Shown here: positions 1-10,270 of the stretch, piece by piece
How the letters are laid out: every line of letters begins with the position of its first letter
Position numbering within the stretch: the stretch's first letter is position 1
Assembly (NCBI GenBank): GCA_013822285.1
Contig: PNKF01000001.1
Location: forward strand, 1-51,137
DNA length: 51,137 nucleotides
Source of the DNA: Gemmatimonas sp.
GTDB taxonomy: Bacteria > Gemmatimonadota > Gemmatimonadetes > Gemmatimonadales > Gemmatimonadaceae
Direction: 5' to 3'
Made by a program: the position numbers and the translations under genes
The notes under the pieces: model-generated
The model's database searches: none
Told to the model about the DNA's origin: nothing
Seen by the model: the letters and a program-made list of their open reading frames with translations, nothing else

Positions 1-476
1 TGATCGTGCGCCAGATGCTGCAGAAGGTGCGCGTCGTGGAGTCGGGTGACACCGAGTTCCTCGAGGGCGAGCATGTCGACAAGGCGGCGTTCCGCGACGC
101 CAACGACAAGGCCAAGAAGAAGAAGCAGCGTGCGGCGACGTCGGAGCCGCTGCTCCTCGGCATCACCAAGGCCTCGCTCACCACGCAGTCGTTCATCTCG
201 GCCGCCTCGTTCCAAGAGACGACCCGCGTGCTCACCGATGCTGCGATCCGTGGCGCCAAGGACAACCTCCTCGGCCTCAAGGAGAACATCATCATCGGTC
301 ACCTCATCCCGGCCGGTACGGGCATGTACCGCTACTCGGACGTGGATATGGACATCGAGCCGCCGCCGGCGCCGCCCCAGGAGTTCGGTGGCTTCGGTGC
401 GCTGCCGGAGAGCTTCCTGGCGAACCCGGCGGAAGCCGACGCTTCGCTGCTCGCGCCGCTGCCCGACGAGGAGTAA
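1..476 (+). CDS. rpoC: RNA polymerase beta' subunit, 3' end (partial)
   Basis: Conserved C-terminal motifs [28 protein letters not shown] and [17 protein letters not shown]; TAA stop at 474-476; acidic Pro-rich tail. Confidence 0.99.
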   Translation, partial: IVRQMLQKVRVVESGDTEFLEGEHVDKAAFRDANDKAKKKKQRAATSEPLLLGITKASLTTQSFISAASFQETTRVLTDAAIRGAKDNLLGLKENIIIGHLIPAGTGMYRYSDVDMDIEPPPAPPQEFGGFGALPESFLANPAEADASLLAPLPDEE

Positions 477-499
477 GCGCGACGTAGGACGCTGGATGA

Positions 500-546
500 C
501 CGAAGGGGGAGACCTGCATGCTGCAGGTCTCCCCCTTCGGCGTTTC
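500..546 (+). terminator. Intrinsic terminator-like hairpin after rpoC
   Basis: Perfect 19-bp inverted repeat CCGAAGGGGGAGACCTGCA-tgc-TGCAGGTCTCCCCCTTCGG (500-540) followed by CGTTTC; the U-tract is weak. Confidence 0.75.
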
Positions 547-593
547 GCGGGTTCGCCTTCCGCCGCCACCTATCGCCGCCGTATTCTCATCGC

Positions 594-1247
594 ATGGCCA
601 TCCACTTCGGCGAGCGTCCCCAGGACAACGCGGTGCGCGGCATCGTCATCATGAATGCGCTGGTCGCGCTTGGCGCCATCGCGTCCGGCGACGGCATGCT
701 GATGCTCATGTGGCCGTACTGGATCCAGGGCATGGTGATCGGCTATTACGCGATGCGCCGCATCCAGAAACTGGAGCAGTTCACGACCGACGACTTCAAG
801 ATCAACGGTGCCGAGGTGGATCCCACGCCGCAGACGCGCCGGAAGGTGTGGACGTTCTTCGTGCTCCACTACGGCTTCTTCCACCTCGTGTACTTCATGT
901 TCCTCGGCGCCTTCTCCTCCACGGGGATGATGGGCGAGGCGATGGCGCCGCCCGCCGAGGAGAATCCTTGGGCGCCGTTCTGGTTCGGCGCGACCTTGGT
1001 CGGCTTCTTGATGAGCCACGGGGAATCGCACCGTGAGCACGTGGCCGCAGACCTGCGTGGACGGCCGAACATCGGCACGCTGATGTTCGTGCCCTACATC
1101 CGCATCCTGCCGATGCACCTGACCATCATCTTCGGCGCGATGCTCGGCGGGACGGTGGGGCTGTTGCTGTTCGCCGGGCTGAAGACCGTCGCGGACGTGG
1201 CGATGCACAAGGTTGAGCACCGCCTGCTGCAGGGCGCGAGAGCCTGA
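594..1247 (+). CDS. Integral membrane protein, DUF6498-like (217 aa)
   Basis: Several hydrophobic helices; motifs FFVLHYGFFHLVY and MFVPYIRILPMHLTIIFG; TATTCT box 6 nt before the ATG. Confidence 0.7.
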   Translation: MAIHFGERPQDNAVRGIVIMNALVALGAIASGDGMLMLMWPYWIQGMVIGYYAMRRIQKLEQFTTDDFKINGAEVDPTPQTRRKVWTFFVLHYGFFHLVYFMFLGAFSSTGMMGEAMAPPAEENPWAPFWFGATLVGFLMSHGESHREHVAADLRGRPNIGTLMFVPYIRILPMHLTIIFGAMLGGTVGLLLFAGLKTVADVAMHKVEHRLLQGARA

Positions 1248-1275
1248 CCTCGCGTCGGCCGAGCCTTCGCCGCAG

Positions 1276-4200
1276 CTAGCTGTCGAGCACGCGACGGACT
1301 TCCGCCGCGAGTTCCTTCAAGCCGTAGGGCTTGCTGATGAAGTTCCAGTCGCCTTCGTGCATGAACTGGTCGGAGACGGCCTCTGCGGAGTAGCCCGACG
1401 TGAACAGCAGCTTGAGGGCGGGGCGTGACTTCCGCAGCTCGGCGGCCAGCTCAATCCCGCCCATGCCGGGCATCACGAGGTCGGTCATCACGAGGTCGAG
1501 CGGGCCATCGTGTTGCTTGAGGAGCTCGAGGGCTGCCACGCCGGACTCGGCCTCGAGCACGGAGTAGCCCGCGCGTTGCAGCACACGACGCGCGACCATG
1601 CGGATCGACTCTTCGTCCTCGACGACGAGGATCGTCTCCTGGCCCGTGGTGGGGGCGGCGGTCTTGCCCGAAGGATGCTCGGGGGCCGCTTCGTCCGTGA
1701 TGGGCAGGTAGATGCGGAAGGTCGTGCCCTTGCCGACTTCCGAGTACACGTAGATGCTGCCGCCGGTCTGCTTCACGATGCCGTAGACGGTGGAGAGACC
1801 CAGCCCGGTGCCGCGGCCAGTCTCCTTGGTCGTGAAGAAGGGCTCGAAGATCTTGGCCTGCGTGGCCTTGTCCATGCCGATGCCGGTGTCCGTGACCGAC
1901 AGCGTGGCGTAGGGGCCGGCGGTCATGCCCTCGCGGCGTGCGGCGTGTTCGTCATCGATCTGGGCGATGCCGCAGCCGATGGTCAGCGTGCCGCCGCGCG
2001 GCATGGCATCGCGGGCGTTGACGCAGAGGTTCATCAGCACCTGTTCGAGCTGGTTCTTGTCCGCGAGGATGTGCGGCACGTCGCGTCCGAGGCGGACTTC
2101 GACGTGGATGTCCTCGCCGAGCACGCGGCTCAGCAGGGTGAGGAATCCGGAGACGACGTCGTTGAGCGAAAGCACCTCACGCTTGAGCACCTGCTGGCGA
2201 CTGAAGGCGAGGAGCTGTCGCGTGAGGGCGGCGGCCCGCTCGCCGGACGCACGGATCTCCTGGAGATCATGGTGGAGCGCCGAGCCTTCCTCGGCCTCGC
2301 TGAGGCTCAGTTCCGCCGTCGCGTTGATGACGGTGAGCAGGTTGTTGAAGTCGTGCGCGACGCCGCCGGCGAGCCGGCCGACGGATTCCATCTTCTGGGC
2401 GCGGTTCAGCATCAGTTGCAGCTCTTCGCGATCGGCGTCCGCCTTGAGGCGATCGGAGACGTCACGGGCGATGCCGAGGATGAGCGTCCGGGTGCCGAGG
2501 TCGAGTACGGAAAGCGCGACTTCGACGGGGACGTCGCGACCATCCTTCCGGCGGTGCACCGAAGCGCGCACCATGCCGCCCGAGGCGCGCACCCCGTTGG
2601 CGACGACGGTCAGTCCGCCGCGTGATCCCAAATCGACGACGACATCGGCAGGACCGAGTTCGGCGAGCTCTGCCGCGGTGTACCCCAGCTGATGCAGACA
2701 GGCCGTGTTGAAGTCCACGAACTTGCCGGTGGCGACGTCTGCGACAAAAATGGCGTCGGCCGATCGGTCGATGGCTTGGCGGAACAGGGTGAGCTGGTCG
2801 CGCTGGGCGAGCAGCGCGGCGTCCTTGCGCTGTGCGCTGATGCCGAAGGACACGTCGAGCCCGAGGGCCGTGAGCAGTTCCAGCTCGGCACCGTCGAAGG
2901 CATCGGGTTCAGCGGCGTAGATCATCAGGGCGCCGAAAGTCTCGCCGTCGACGTTGAGGGGAATCGACAGGGAAGACCCGTAGCCGCGTTCCATGGCCGC
3001 CTCGCGCCACGGCGCGTAGTTGGCCTCCGTGAGCAGGCGCTGGGCGACCTGCGGCACGCCACTGCGGATGCAGCGGCCGGTGGGGCCTTGTCCGTGCTCG
3101 TTGTCGCCCCAGGAGACGGGGCTCGCCGCGAGATAGCCGCGCTCTTCACCGGCGACTGCCGCGGGAGCGACGGAGCGATCGGCATCATCGACGCGGCGGC
3201 CGATCCACGCCATCCGATAGCCGCCGTCGTGCACGAGGATCTCACAGATCATGTGCAGCAACGCGTCTTCGGTGTCGGCGCGGACGATGGCCTGATTGAT
3301 GGCCGAGCGCACGCGCAGCAGTCGCGCGGTGCGCCGCAGCTCCTCTTCGGCGTTGCGCCGGCGGGTGATATCGGTGATGGCGCCCGACATCCACACGGGC
3401 CGCCCGTCGGCGTCGCGCTCGATGTCGGCACGGGTGCGGATCCAGCGAGCCATCTCGCCGGGCTCGGTCTTCAGACGGAGCTCGACGTCGTAGGGCTCGC
3501 CTCGCTCGAGGTGCGCGACCATGGCCGCGCGTTGCTTCGGGACGTCATCCGGATGGATGAACTGCAGGAAATCCTCTTCCGACCTGATGGCACTGTCGCC
3601 GGGAATGCCGGCGATCTCCCGCCACCGTTCCGAGACGTAGGCCTCGCCGGTGACCATGTTCATGTCCCAGAGGCCGTCGGTGGTGCCGCGCATGACGCGG
3701 GCGTAGCGTTGCTCGGAGGCTTCGATTTCCTTGCGGTCGTGCTCGCGCGCTTCGATCAGCGCGAGCTCGCGCTGTGTGCGGGCGAGGTCGCGGCGGTACC
3801 AGAGCGCGTAGATGACAGCCCCGGCACCAAGCAAGAAGAACAGGGAGACCGCCGTGGCTCGGATGGCGGCGGCGAGTACCGGAGCCTGCAGCTCGTCGTG
3901 GTCGACCTTGGCCACCAACTGCCACGGTGTGCCCGGGACCTCGCGCTGCACGGCGCGGATGCGCTGCTGGGTGAAGCCTGGTCCCTCGTATCCTTCGTCC
4001 GATGCCAGCGGACCGTAGATGTCGGCTTCGGTGGCGCTGTCGAGTGGCAGCGTGAGCTGCAGCGGTCTGATGTCGGCGTCGCGCGGAGGCGAGAGCAGTC
4101 GGACAGAATCGCGCTCGATGGGCCAGAGCGAAAAATCACCGGTGCGGAAGTTCGCTGGGAACTCCGCGAGGCGCGGGTACAGCGCCCGGTCGATCGCCAC

Positions 4201-5412
4201 GATGAATGCCAACCAAGCGATGGGACGCCCGCGCGGTGCTTCGGCGCTGTGCAACGGCACCCAGAAGGTGCGCCGAATGGCGTCACCTGAAGCATAGACG
4301 GGCGTCACCTGCAGTGAGTCGCCGGAGAGCGCCCAAAACTGGGTGTCGAGGCGTGTCACGGGGCGCGCATCTGGCGCGGCGACGTAGGCGACGCGCTCGC
4401 CTTCCGGCGAGACCAGGGCGACGGCCTCGAAGTCTTGTTCGGTCCGAAGGTTGCGCAACCAGGCTTCGATTGTACGCCGGCGTTCGTCGCGGTCGGCCGT
4501 GCTCGTGCTGCGCAGCAAGTCGGCGTCGAGCGGTGCGCGCCCGAGGCTCATTACTGTGGTGCGGATGCCGGCGTACCAGAGCGCAATCTCGGACGCCTTT
4601 AGATCCGCGACGGTGCGCAGCGTGGAGACCGCACGCTGTTCGGCCTGCTCACGCTGCGCAGCGTACCAGAAGTAGCCTGTACTGATGACGACCGATGCGA
4701 ACAGCAGGGCCAGCCAGATGAAGTTGCGCGCGGTCGGCAGCACGCCGATGCGGCCCGTTGGCAGCACCACGCGCAGTGGCCAGTGGGTCGGGTCGGTGCG
4801 CAGGAGGGTGGCGAAGGCGAGGAGCCACAGCAGAAGCGCGCTGGGTGCGGCTACCGGAATCGTCTTGCTGCCGTAGAGCAGCGGCGCGCCGAGTACGTAG
4901 CCTTGCAGGACGACGAGGGCCGCGGCGAGGGCAAGCGTCGCGATTGCGCCTTCGTACTCGCGGGCCTTCGACTGGCCGACGAGCAGCGCGCTGGCGATGA
5001 TCGCGAACAGGGCGGCGGTGATGACGGAGATGCGGCCGAGTGGCACTCCATCGCGGAGCATGGGTGGGCCAGCGAGCCAACGCTCGAGGGCGACCTCCAC
5101 GCCCACGAGGTAGGCGATGCCAAGCCAGAGCGAAAGACCCAAGGCCAACGCCGGCAGGACCTTGGCGGCAATCGACGGATCTTCTTGGTGCGGGCGTGCG
5201 CAGGCGATGATGCCTAAGGCCAGCAGCAGGGCAATCAGCGCCGTCGCAGGGGCCGTAGGGACCTGGGCGCCGGAAAAGGCGAGTTCCAGCCCCTTGCCGC
5301 GGAACCACAGCGCGAGGAACCAGAGGCCGACCATCGCAACGAACCCGGCGATCCACCGCGATATCCGGCGCAGCGTGCGGGCGAGGCTGGCGAGCTGGTC
5401 GTCGGCGGTCAC
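1276..5412 (-). CDS. Hybrid sensor histidine kinase (multi-TM, periplasmic sensor, PAS, GAF, PAS, HisKA, HATPase, REC), about 1378 aa
   Basis: H-box GRLAGGVAHDFNNLL, N-box NLCVNARDAM, G-boxes DTGIGM and GTGLGLS, receiver VVEDE...DLVMTDLVMPGM...KP. Start reassigned to GTG 5412 because the upstream part of the 1640-aa ORF is antisense to the MFS gene; the exact start is uncertain. Confidence 0.93.
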   Translation of the reverse strand: MTADDQLASLARTLRRISRWIAGFVAMVGLWFLALWFRGKGLELAFSGAQVPTAPATALIALLLALGIIACARPHQEDPSIAAKVLPALALGLSLWLGIAYLVGVEVALERWLAGPPMLRDGVPLGRISVITAALFAIIASALLVGQSKAREYEGAIATLALAAALVVLQGYVLGAPLLYGSKTIPVAAPSALLLWLLAFATLLRTDPTHWPLRVVLPTGRIGVLPTARNFIWLALLFASVVISTGYFWYAAQREQAEQRAVSTLRTVADLKASEIALWYAGIRTTVMSLGRAPLDADLLRSTSTADRDERRRTIEAWLRNLRTEQDFEAVALVSPEGERVAYVAAPDARPVTRLDTQFWALSGDSLQVTPVYASGDAIRRTFWVPLHSAEAPRGRPIAWLAFIVAIDRALYPRLAEFPANFRTGDFSLWPIERDSVRLLSPPRDADIRPLQLTLPLDSATEADIYGPLASDEGYEGPGFTQQRIRAVQREVPGTPWQLVAKVDHDELQAPVLAAAIRATAVSLFFLLGAGAVIYALWYRRDLARTQRELALIEAREHDRKEIEASEQRYARVMRGTTDGLWDMNMVTGEAYVSERWREIAGIPGDSAIRSEEDFLQFIHPDDVPKQRAAMVAHLERGEPYDVELRLKTEPGEMARWIRTRADIERDADGRPVWMSGAITDITRRRNAEEELRRTARLLRVRSAINQAIVRADTEDALLHMICEILVHDGGYRMAWIGRRVDDADRSVAPAAVAGEERGYLAASPVSWGDNEHGQGPTGRCIRSGVPQVAQRLLTEANYAPWREAAMERGYGSSLSIPLNVDGETFGALMIYAAEPDAFDGAELELLTALGLDVSFGISAQRKDAALLAQRDQLTLFRQAIDRSADAIFVADVATGKFVDFNTACLHQLGYTAAELAELGPADVVVDLGSRGGLTVVANGVRASGGMVRASVHRRKDGRDVPVEVALSVLDLGTRTLILGIARDVSDRLKADADREELQLMLNRAQKMESVGRLAGGVAHDFNNLLTVINATAELSLSEAEEGSALHHDLQEIRASGERAAALTRQLLAFSRQQVLKREVLSLNDVVSGFLTLLSRVLGEDIHVEVRLGRDVPHILADKNQLEQVLMNLCVNARDAMPRGGTLTIGCGIAQIDDEHAARREGMTAGPYATLSVTDTGIGMDKATQAKIFEPFFTTKETGRGTGLGLSTVYGIVKQTGGSIYVYSEVGKGTTFRIYLPITDEAAPEHPSGKTAAPTTGQETILVVEDEESIRMVARRVLQRAGYSVLEAESGVAALELLKQHDGPLDLVMTDLVMPGMGGIELAAELRKSRPALKLLFTSGYSAEAVSDQFMHEGDWNFISKPYGLKELAAEVRRVLDS

Positions 5413-5529
5413 GGACGGGAACAGTGGTGGGCCGGCATCGTGGGGGAGACCGTGACGGAATCTCGCCCTTATTAATCCGAGGGGTAAGGGGCCGCTAGAC
5501 GAGTATCGGCCGGGGCGGCACATTCCGGC

Positions 5530-6828
5530 ATGACTTCCCCCACGCAGGCCATCCCGCGCCGTGCCGTTTGGAGCTGGATTCTCTACGACCTCGCCAACAC
5601 GATTTTCTCCATGGGCGTGGTCTCGCTGTACTTCTCGCTGTGGGTACGCGAGCAGGTGGGCCCGGACCGGGCGGACACGGTGTACGGCATCATCACGGCC
5701 GTGTCGATGGGCATCATCTTCGTCATCTCGCCGCTCTTGGGGGCGATGACGGACCGCGCTCGGCGGCGCATGCCGTTCCTCGTGACCAGTACCATCATCT
5801 GCGTGGTCCTGACGGCGCTGCTGGCGCGTGGCGGCTACTGGGTGACCATGCTGGCCTTCGTGCTGGCGAACGCGGCCTACCAGGCCGGCCTGCAGTTCTA
5901 TGACGCGCTGCTGCCCGAGGTGACCACCGAGGAGAATCGTGGTCGCATCAGCGGCATCGGGGTGGGCATCGGCTACCTGGGTTCGTACTTCGCCGTGGGC
6001 ATCGGCTTCTTGCCACAGTCGGCCGACAAGCCCTTCCTGTTCACGGCCATCGCCATCGCCTTCCTGCTGCTGAGCATTCCCTGCTTCGTGTTCGTGAAGG
6101 AACGGGGGAATCCGAACCCGCAGCCGGTCTTTTCGCTGGCGATGATCAAGGAGAGCACCAAGGAGACGCTGCGCACGCTGCGCAGCGGCAACGAGCATCC
6201 CGGGCTCATCCGGTTCTTGGTCGGACGCGTGTTCTACACCGACGCGATTAACACCGTGATCAGCATCATGACCTTGTACACGGTCAACGTCGCCGTAGCG
6301 TCAGGACTCTCGACCTCCGAGGGCGAGGGCAAGGCGCGGCTCGTGATGCTCGGCGCCATCTCCTTCGCCGTGGTCGGCGGCTTCGTCTGGGGTCGCTTGG
6401 TCGACAAAGTCGGGCCGAAGCGCACCTTGGATTACGTGCTGTGGCTCTGGGTTGCGACCTTCGCGGGCGCGGCCTCGGTCGGGCTGCTCGGGCTGCCCTG
6501 GCAGACGCTCTTCGTTGTGGCGTCGATGGCGGGCGTGGCGCTGGGCGGCATCTGGAGCGCGGACCGACCGCTGATGCTGCGGCTCACGCCGCCCAATCGC
6601 ATCGGTGAGTTCTACGGCCTGTATGGGATGGTTGGTCGCTTCAGCGCCATCACTGGCCCGGTTATCTGGGCGTTTGTCGCCTGGCTCTGCATCGGCAAGC
6701 TGGGCATGACGCCCGCCAAGGGACAGGGCATCGGCGTGCTGGTGTTGCTGAGCTTCATCTTCATCGCACGTGCCATCCTCGGCCCCGTGCGGGACGACCT
6801 CGTGCGCGAGGGACATGGCGCGGCGTAG
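5530..6828 (+). CDS. MFS transporter, UMF1/ATG22-like family
   Basis: About 12 TM helices; N-terminal SWILYDLANT; MFS loop motifs GAMTDRARRR and GRLVDKVGPKR. Confidence 0.88.
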   Translation: MTSPTQAIPRRAVWSWILYDLANTIFSMGVVSLYFSLWVREQVGPDRADTVYGIITAVSMGIIFVISPLLGAMTDRARRRMPFLVTSTIICVVLTALLARGGYWVTMLAFVLANAAYQAGLQFYDALLPEVTTEENRGRISGIGVGIGYLGSYFAVGIGFLPQSADKPFLFTAIAIAFLLLSIPCFVFVKERGNPNPQPVFSLAMIKESTKETLRTLRSGNEHPGLIRFLVGRVFYTDAINTVISIMTLYTVNVAVASGLSTSEGEGKARLVMLGAISFAVVGGFVWGRLVDKVGPKRTLDYVLWLWVATFAGAASVGLLGLPWQTLFVVASMAGVALGGIWSADRPLMLRLTPPNRIGEFYGLYGMVGRFSAITGPVIWAFVAWLCIGKLGMTPAKGQGIGVLVLLSFIFIARAILGPVRDDLVREGHGAA

Positions 6829-6852
6829 TCCGCGCCATGTCCCTCGATCGAG

Positions 6853-7404
6853 TTACGGCGTGAAGATCTCGTAGCCCTGCGCGGCGAGAATGGCGTGCGC
6901 GCTGGTCGCAGTGGTTGCGACCTGCACGAAGGGCAGCAGTTGGTCGCGCGGCACGTTGCGGTTGATCAGGGCCTGCCCGCAGACGATGATCTGCACGCCG
7001 GCTTCATGCAGCGCGGTGAGCAACGCTAGGCTGCCATTGTCGGCACCCGTGCGCGCCTTGTACGCGGCATTGTTGAGCAGCGACGGTGTCGCCGTGCCGT
7101 GGACGATTACGGCAAGCTTGATGTTGCGACGCGGCACGCCATTCGACTCGAGCTGACGCAGCAGGTTCGGCGGGCTGCGGAATCCTGCGGCAATGCCGTT
7201 GGGCTCGGCTGGCGCCTCGGTCACGTGCCAGGCGAGGCGATAGGTCAGGTCTGCGGGCGCGCGGAAGGTCGGATCGGTCACGGCCGGCGTGCCGCCAATT
7301 TGCCGGATGAGTGCTTCACCAGTCTGCGCGCCAAGCGGTGCGGCGGCGAGCGTGGCGAGGACGAGTGTCGCGACGGCGAAGCTGCGGAGGAGGGTGCGGT
7401 GCAT
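6853..7404 (-). CDS. Secreted DsrE/DsrF-like family protein (183 aa)
   Basis: Signal peptide MHRTLLRSFAVATLVLATLAAAPLGA; motifs AVIVHG and IIVCGQAL with a conserved Cys. Confidence 0.8.
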   Translation of the reverse strand: MHRTLLRSFAVATLVLATLAAAPLGAQTGEALIRQIGGTPAVTDPTFRAPADLTYRLAWHVTEAPAEPNGIAAGFRSPPNLLRQLESNGVPRRNIKLAVIVHGTATPSLLNNAAYKARTGADNGSLALLTALHEAGVQIIVCGQALINRNVPRDQLLPFVQVATTATSAHAILAAQGYEIFTP

Positions 7405-7510
7405 CGAGCGGGGCTCCGGATGGGGTCTGCGAGAAGATACAGCGCCTGGTCGTAGCATGCTTGTGACAGGCTGCCCTTGCCGACGCGTCTCGTTGGTGTG
7501 AGCGTCAGGC

Positions 7511-9049
7511 ATGCAACGTCGCGACTTCCTGATCGATGTCGTCAGCCTGAGCGCCCTCTGCGCAGGCCTGCCCAACGAGTGGCGTCTCACCTGGCGACCC
7601 AGCTACACCGACAATCCGTTCTCGCTGGGCGTTGCCAGCGGTGATCCATGGTCCACCGGGGCGGTCCTGTGGACGCGCATCGCGCCGCGACCGCTGGAGC
7701 CGCACGGCGGCATGCCGGGCAACCGACCGGTCGTCGTGTGGGAGGTCGCCGAAGACGAAGCGTTCACCAAGATCGTGAAGCAGGGGCGGTACACCGCCGC
7801 GCCGGAGCTGTCGTACAGCGTCCACGTGGAAGTGGACGGGCTCGCACCGGATCGCTGGTACTTCTATCGCTTTCAGTCGGGTGAGGCGAAGTCGCCCGTG
7901 GGTCGCCTGCGCACCACGCCCGCCGAGGGCGCGAACACACCGCTGCGCTTCGGCGTCGCGTCCTGCGCGAACTACGAGCAGGGACTCTTCACTGCCTATG
8001 GCCATCTCGCGAACGAGCGTTGCGATCTCGTCACCCACCTCGGCGACTACATCTACGAGTACGGGGGCCGCGACCAAGTCGTGCGGTCGCATGTCGGGCG
8101 CGAGATCATCAGCGTCGATGACTATCGGCTGCGCTATGCGCAGTACAAGATGGAGGCGGAGCTCCAAGCCGCGCATGCGATGTGCCCGTGGTTGGTGACC
8201 TGGGATGACCACGAAGTGGACAACAACTACGCCGGTGAATTCGGCGAAGGCCGCATGGAGTCCGTGGAGCAGATGCGTGCGCGCCGTGCCGCGGGCTACC
8301 AAGCGTGGTGGGAACACCAACCGGTGCGCGTCCCGCGCGCGCGGTCCTGGGCTGACCTCGACATCCGCCGCACGACCAATTGGGGATCGCTGGCCCGCTT
8401 CTGGATGCTCGACACGCGGCAGTACCGCGACGACCAGGCCTGTGACGACGGCAATCGCACCGTACCCTGTGGTGACTGGGACAATCCGGCGCGTTCCATT
8501 CTCGGTGCGCAGCAGGAGAAGTGGCTGACGGACGGACTCGGCCAATCGCGCTCGCGTTGGCAGGTATTGGGACAGCAGGTGATGGTGGCGCCGTATGACG
8601 AAGCGCTGGGGCCTGAGCAGCGCGTGTCGATGGATCAGTGGTCGGGGTATCCGCGCAGTCGCGAGCGTATCCTGGCGGCGGTCGCCGAGCGCGCGCCCAA
8701 TCGCACGGTGGTGCTGACGGGGGACATCCACTCGAGCTGGGTGAACGAGCTGCATGCCGGCTTCGATCGCCCGGGGCGGCCAGTGGTCGCCGCCGAGTTC
8801 GTGGGCACGAGCATCGCCTCAGGCGGCGATGGTCAGGACCAAACGGAGCCGTTCAAGCAGCGCTTGGCTGAGCTGCCGTACATCAAGTGGCAGTCTGGGC
8901 GTCGCGGGTACTACGTCTGCGATGTCGATCAAATGCAGTGGCGCACGGACTATCGTGAAGTGCCGTTCGTGACACAGCCTGGCGCAGCCGTGACCACAGT
9001 GTCGCGCTGGCGCGTCGAGCACGGTCGCCCGGGGATCACGCCGGTCTAG
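7511..9049 (+). CDS. phoD: Alkaline phosphatase D family protein, Tat-exported
   Basis: Twin-arginine signal MQRRDFL; motifs GVASGDP, SCANY, HLGDYIYE, WDDHEV.NN, LDTRQYR, DQWSGY and LTGDIH. Confidence 0.95.
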   Translation: MQRRDFLIDVVSLSALCAGLPNEWRLTWRPSYTDNPFSLGVASGDPWSTGAVLWTRIAPRPLEPHGGMPGNRPVVVWEVAEDEAFTKIVKQGRYTAAPELSYSVHVEVDGLAPDRWYFYRFQSGEAKSPVGRLRTTPAEGANTPLRFGVASCANYEQGLFTAYGHLANERCDLVTHLGDYIYEYGGRDQVVRSHVGREIISVDDYRLRYAQYKMEAELQAAHAMCPWLVTWDDHEVDNNYAGEFGEGRMESVEQMRARRAAGYQAWWEHQPVRVPRARSWADLDIRRTTNWGSLARFWMLDTRQYRDDQACDDGNRTVPCGDWDNPARSILGAQQEKWLTDGLGQSRSRWQVLGQQVMVAPYDEALGPEQRVSMDQWSGYPRSRERILAAVAERAPNRTVVLTGDIHSSWVNELHAGFDRPGRPVVAAEFVGTSIASGGDGQDQTEPFKQRLAELPYIKWQSGRRGYYVCDVDQMQWRTDYREVPFVTQPGAAVTTVSRWRVEHGRPGITPV

Positions 9050-10210
9050 TCACGGCTGGCTGTCGCGCGCAGCGGCGGCAGTCGAGGACGACTGAGGCCA
9101 GGGTAGTCGCGCGGCGAACGGCGCCGACAGCGATCCGAGCCAGAGCGTGCCTGGCGTCTCCAGCGCGTGCGTCAGCGACTCCAAGCGTCCGCTGGGGTCC
9201 TGCAGGTCCGCGACGACGCGCCAGCTGCTGTCGATGGCGATCACGTGTCCGTAGTGCACGGGGCCCGGTCGTACGGCCTTCGGCAGACGCAGCAGCATCT
9301 TGCGGAGCATCGGCTTGTCGGACATCCAGTCGGCGAGTCCGTTGCGCGGCGAGACGAGCGCGATCCAGTAGCGTCCGTCTTGCCCACGCGTCAGGTTGTC
9401 GGGAAAGCCCGGCAAGTCCGTCACCACTGCCGTGATGGCACCGCGGGCCACGCCGTCGCGCTCGATGCGCAAGACGCGGTAGTTGCCCATCTCATTCACG
9501 AGCAGGCCGCTGCCATCGTGCGTGATCGCGATGCCGTTGGGAAACACCAAGCCATCGGCGATGACTGCGCTGCGACCAGTGCCGGGATCGTATTCCAAGA
9601 CACGACCGGTGCCGCGGTGCTCGATGACCTCGAGGATGCTGGCCTGCAGTGCGTCGAAATGCGGCGGGTAGAATGCCGTGGACGCATCGGTGAAATACAC
9701 GTGGCCATCGGCGGCGACGTCGAGGTCGTCGGCGTAGCGGATCGGACGGCCGCCCGCCTCGGTGGCCATCACGAGCACGGCGCCACTCGCGGAAACGGAG
9801 ACCAACCCTTTCACTGCGTCGGCGACCCAGAGCGTGCCATTGGCGTCGAAGGCCATGCCCAGCGGACGCCCACCGGTGTTCGCCCAGCGCTCGGCGTTGG
9901 CGCCCAGCGAGTCGCTTCGGACGATCCAACCCGAGGCCGTGGCGAAGTACAGGCGACCCATGGCATCGACGGCGATGGACTCCGGCCCGCGCTCGCCCAG
10001 CACGCTGACGGTGTCCATGGCGGAGAGCCGCTCGTTCGCCGCGAAGACGCCAGTGTAGCCGGGGTTTGATGGAGCCTCCCACGGCACTGGCCGGATAGGG
10101 ACCGGCCAGAGGAAGAAGTACAGCAGGAATAGCAGGCCCGCAGTCCCTGCGGCACGGAGCGGCGTGATGGCGATCTGCCGGCGGAGCGGGGGAATCGGGG
10201 CGTCGTCCAT
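9050..10210 (-). CDS. Strictosidine synthase-like / SMP-30 six-bladed beta-propeller
   Basis: N-terminal TM anchor; motifs GPES, GGRPLG, YADDLD, YFTDAS, FPNG and LPGFPDN. Confidence 0.9.
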   Translation of the reverse strand: MDDAPIPPLRRQIAITPLRAAGTAGLLFLLYFFLWPVPIRPVPWEAPSNPGYTGVFAANERLSAMDTVSVLGERGPESIAVDAMGRLYFATASGWIVRSDSLGANAERWANTGGRPLGMAFDANGTLWVADAVKGLVSVSASGAVLVMATEAGGRPIRYADDLDVAADGHVYFTDASTAFYPPHFDALQASILEVIEHRGTGRVLEYDPGTGRSAVIADGLVFPNGIAITHDGSGLLVNEMGNYRVLRIERDGVARGAITAVVTDLPGFPDNLTRGQDGRYWIALVSPRNGLADWMSDKPMLRKMLLRLPKAVRPGPVHYGHVIAIDSSWRVVADLQDPSGRLESLTHALETPGTLWLGSLSAPFAARLPWPQSSSTAAAARDSQP

Positions 10211-10270
10211 GGGGGGAATCTGGCACGGAAGCGGTGCCGCCGCCTAGCTTGAAAGAGACCTCAACGCAGG

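Noticed and set aside
5413-6198. N-terminal extension making the histidine kinase 1640 aa
   Set aside because: It is mostly antisense to the MFS gene and has no protein-like features; a GC-rich shadow ORF.
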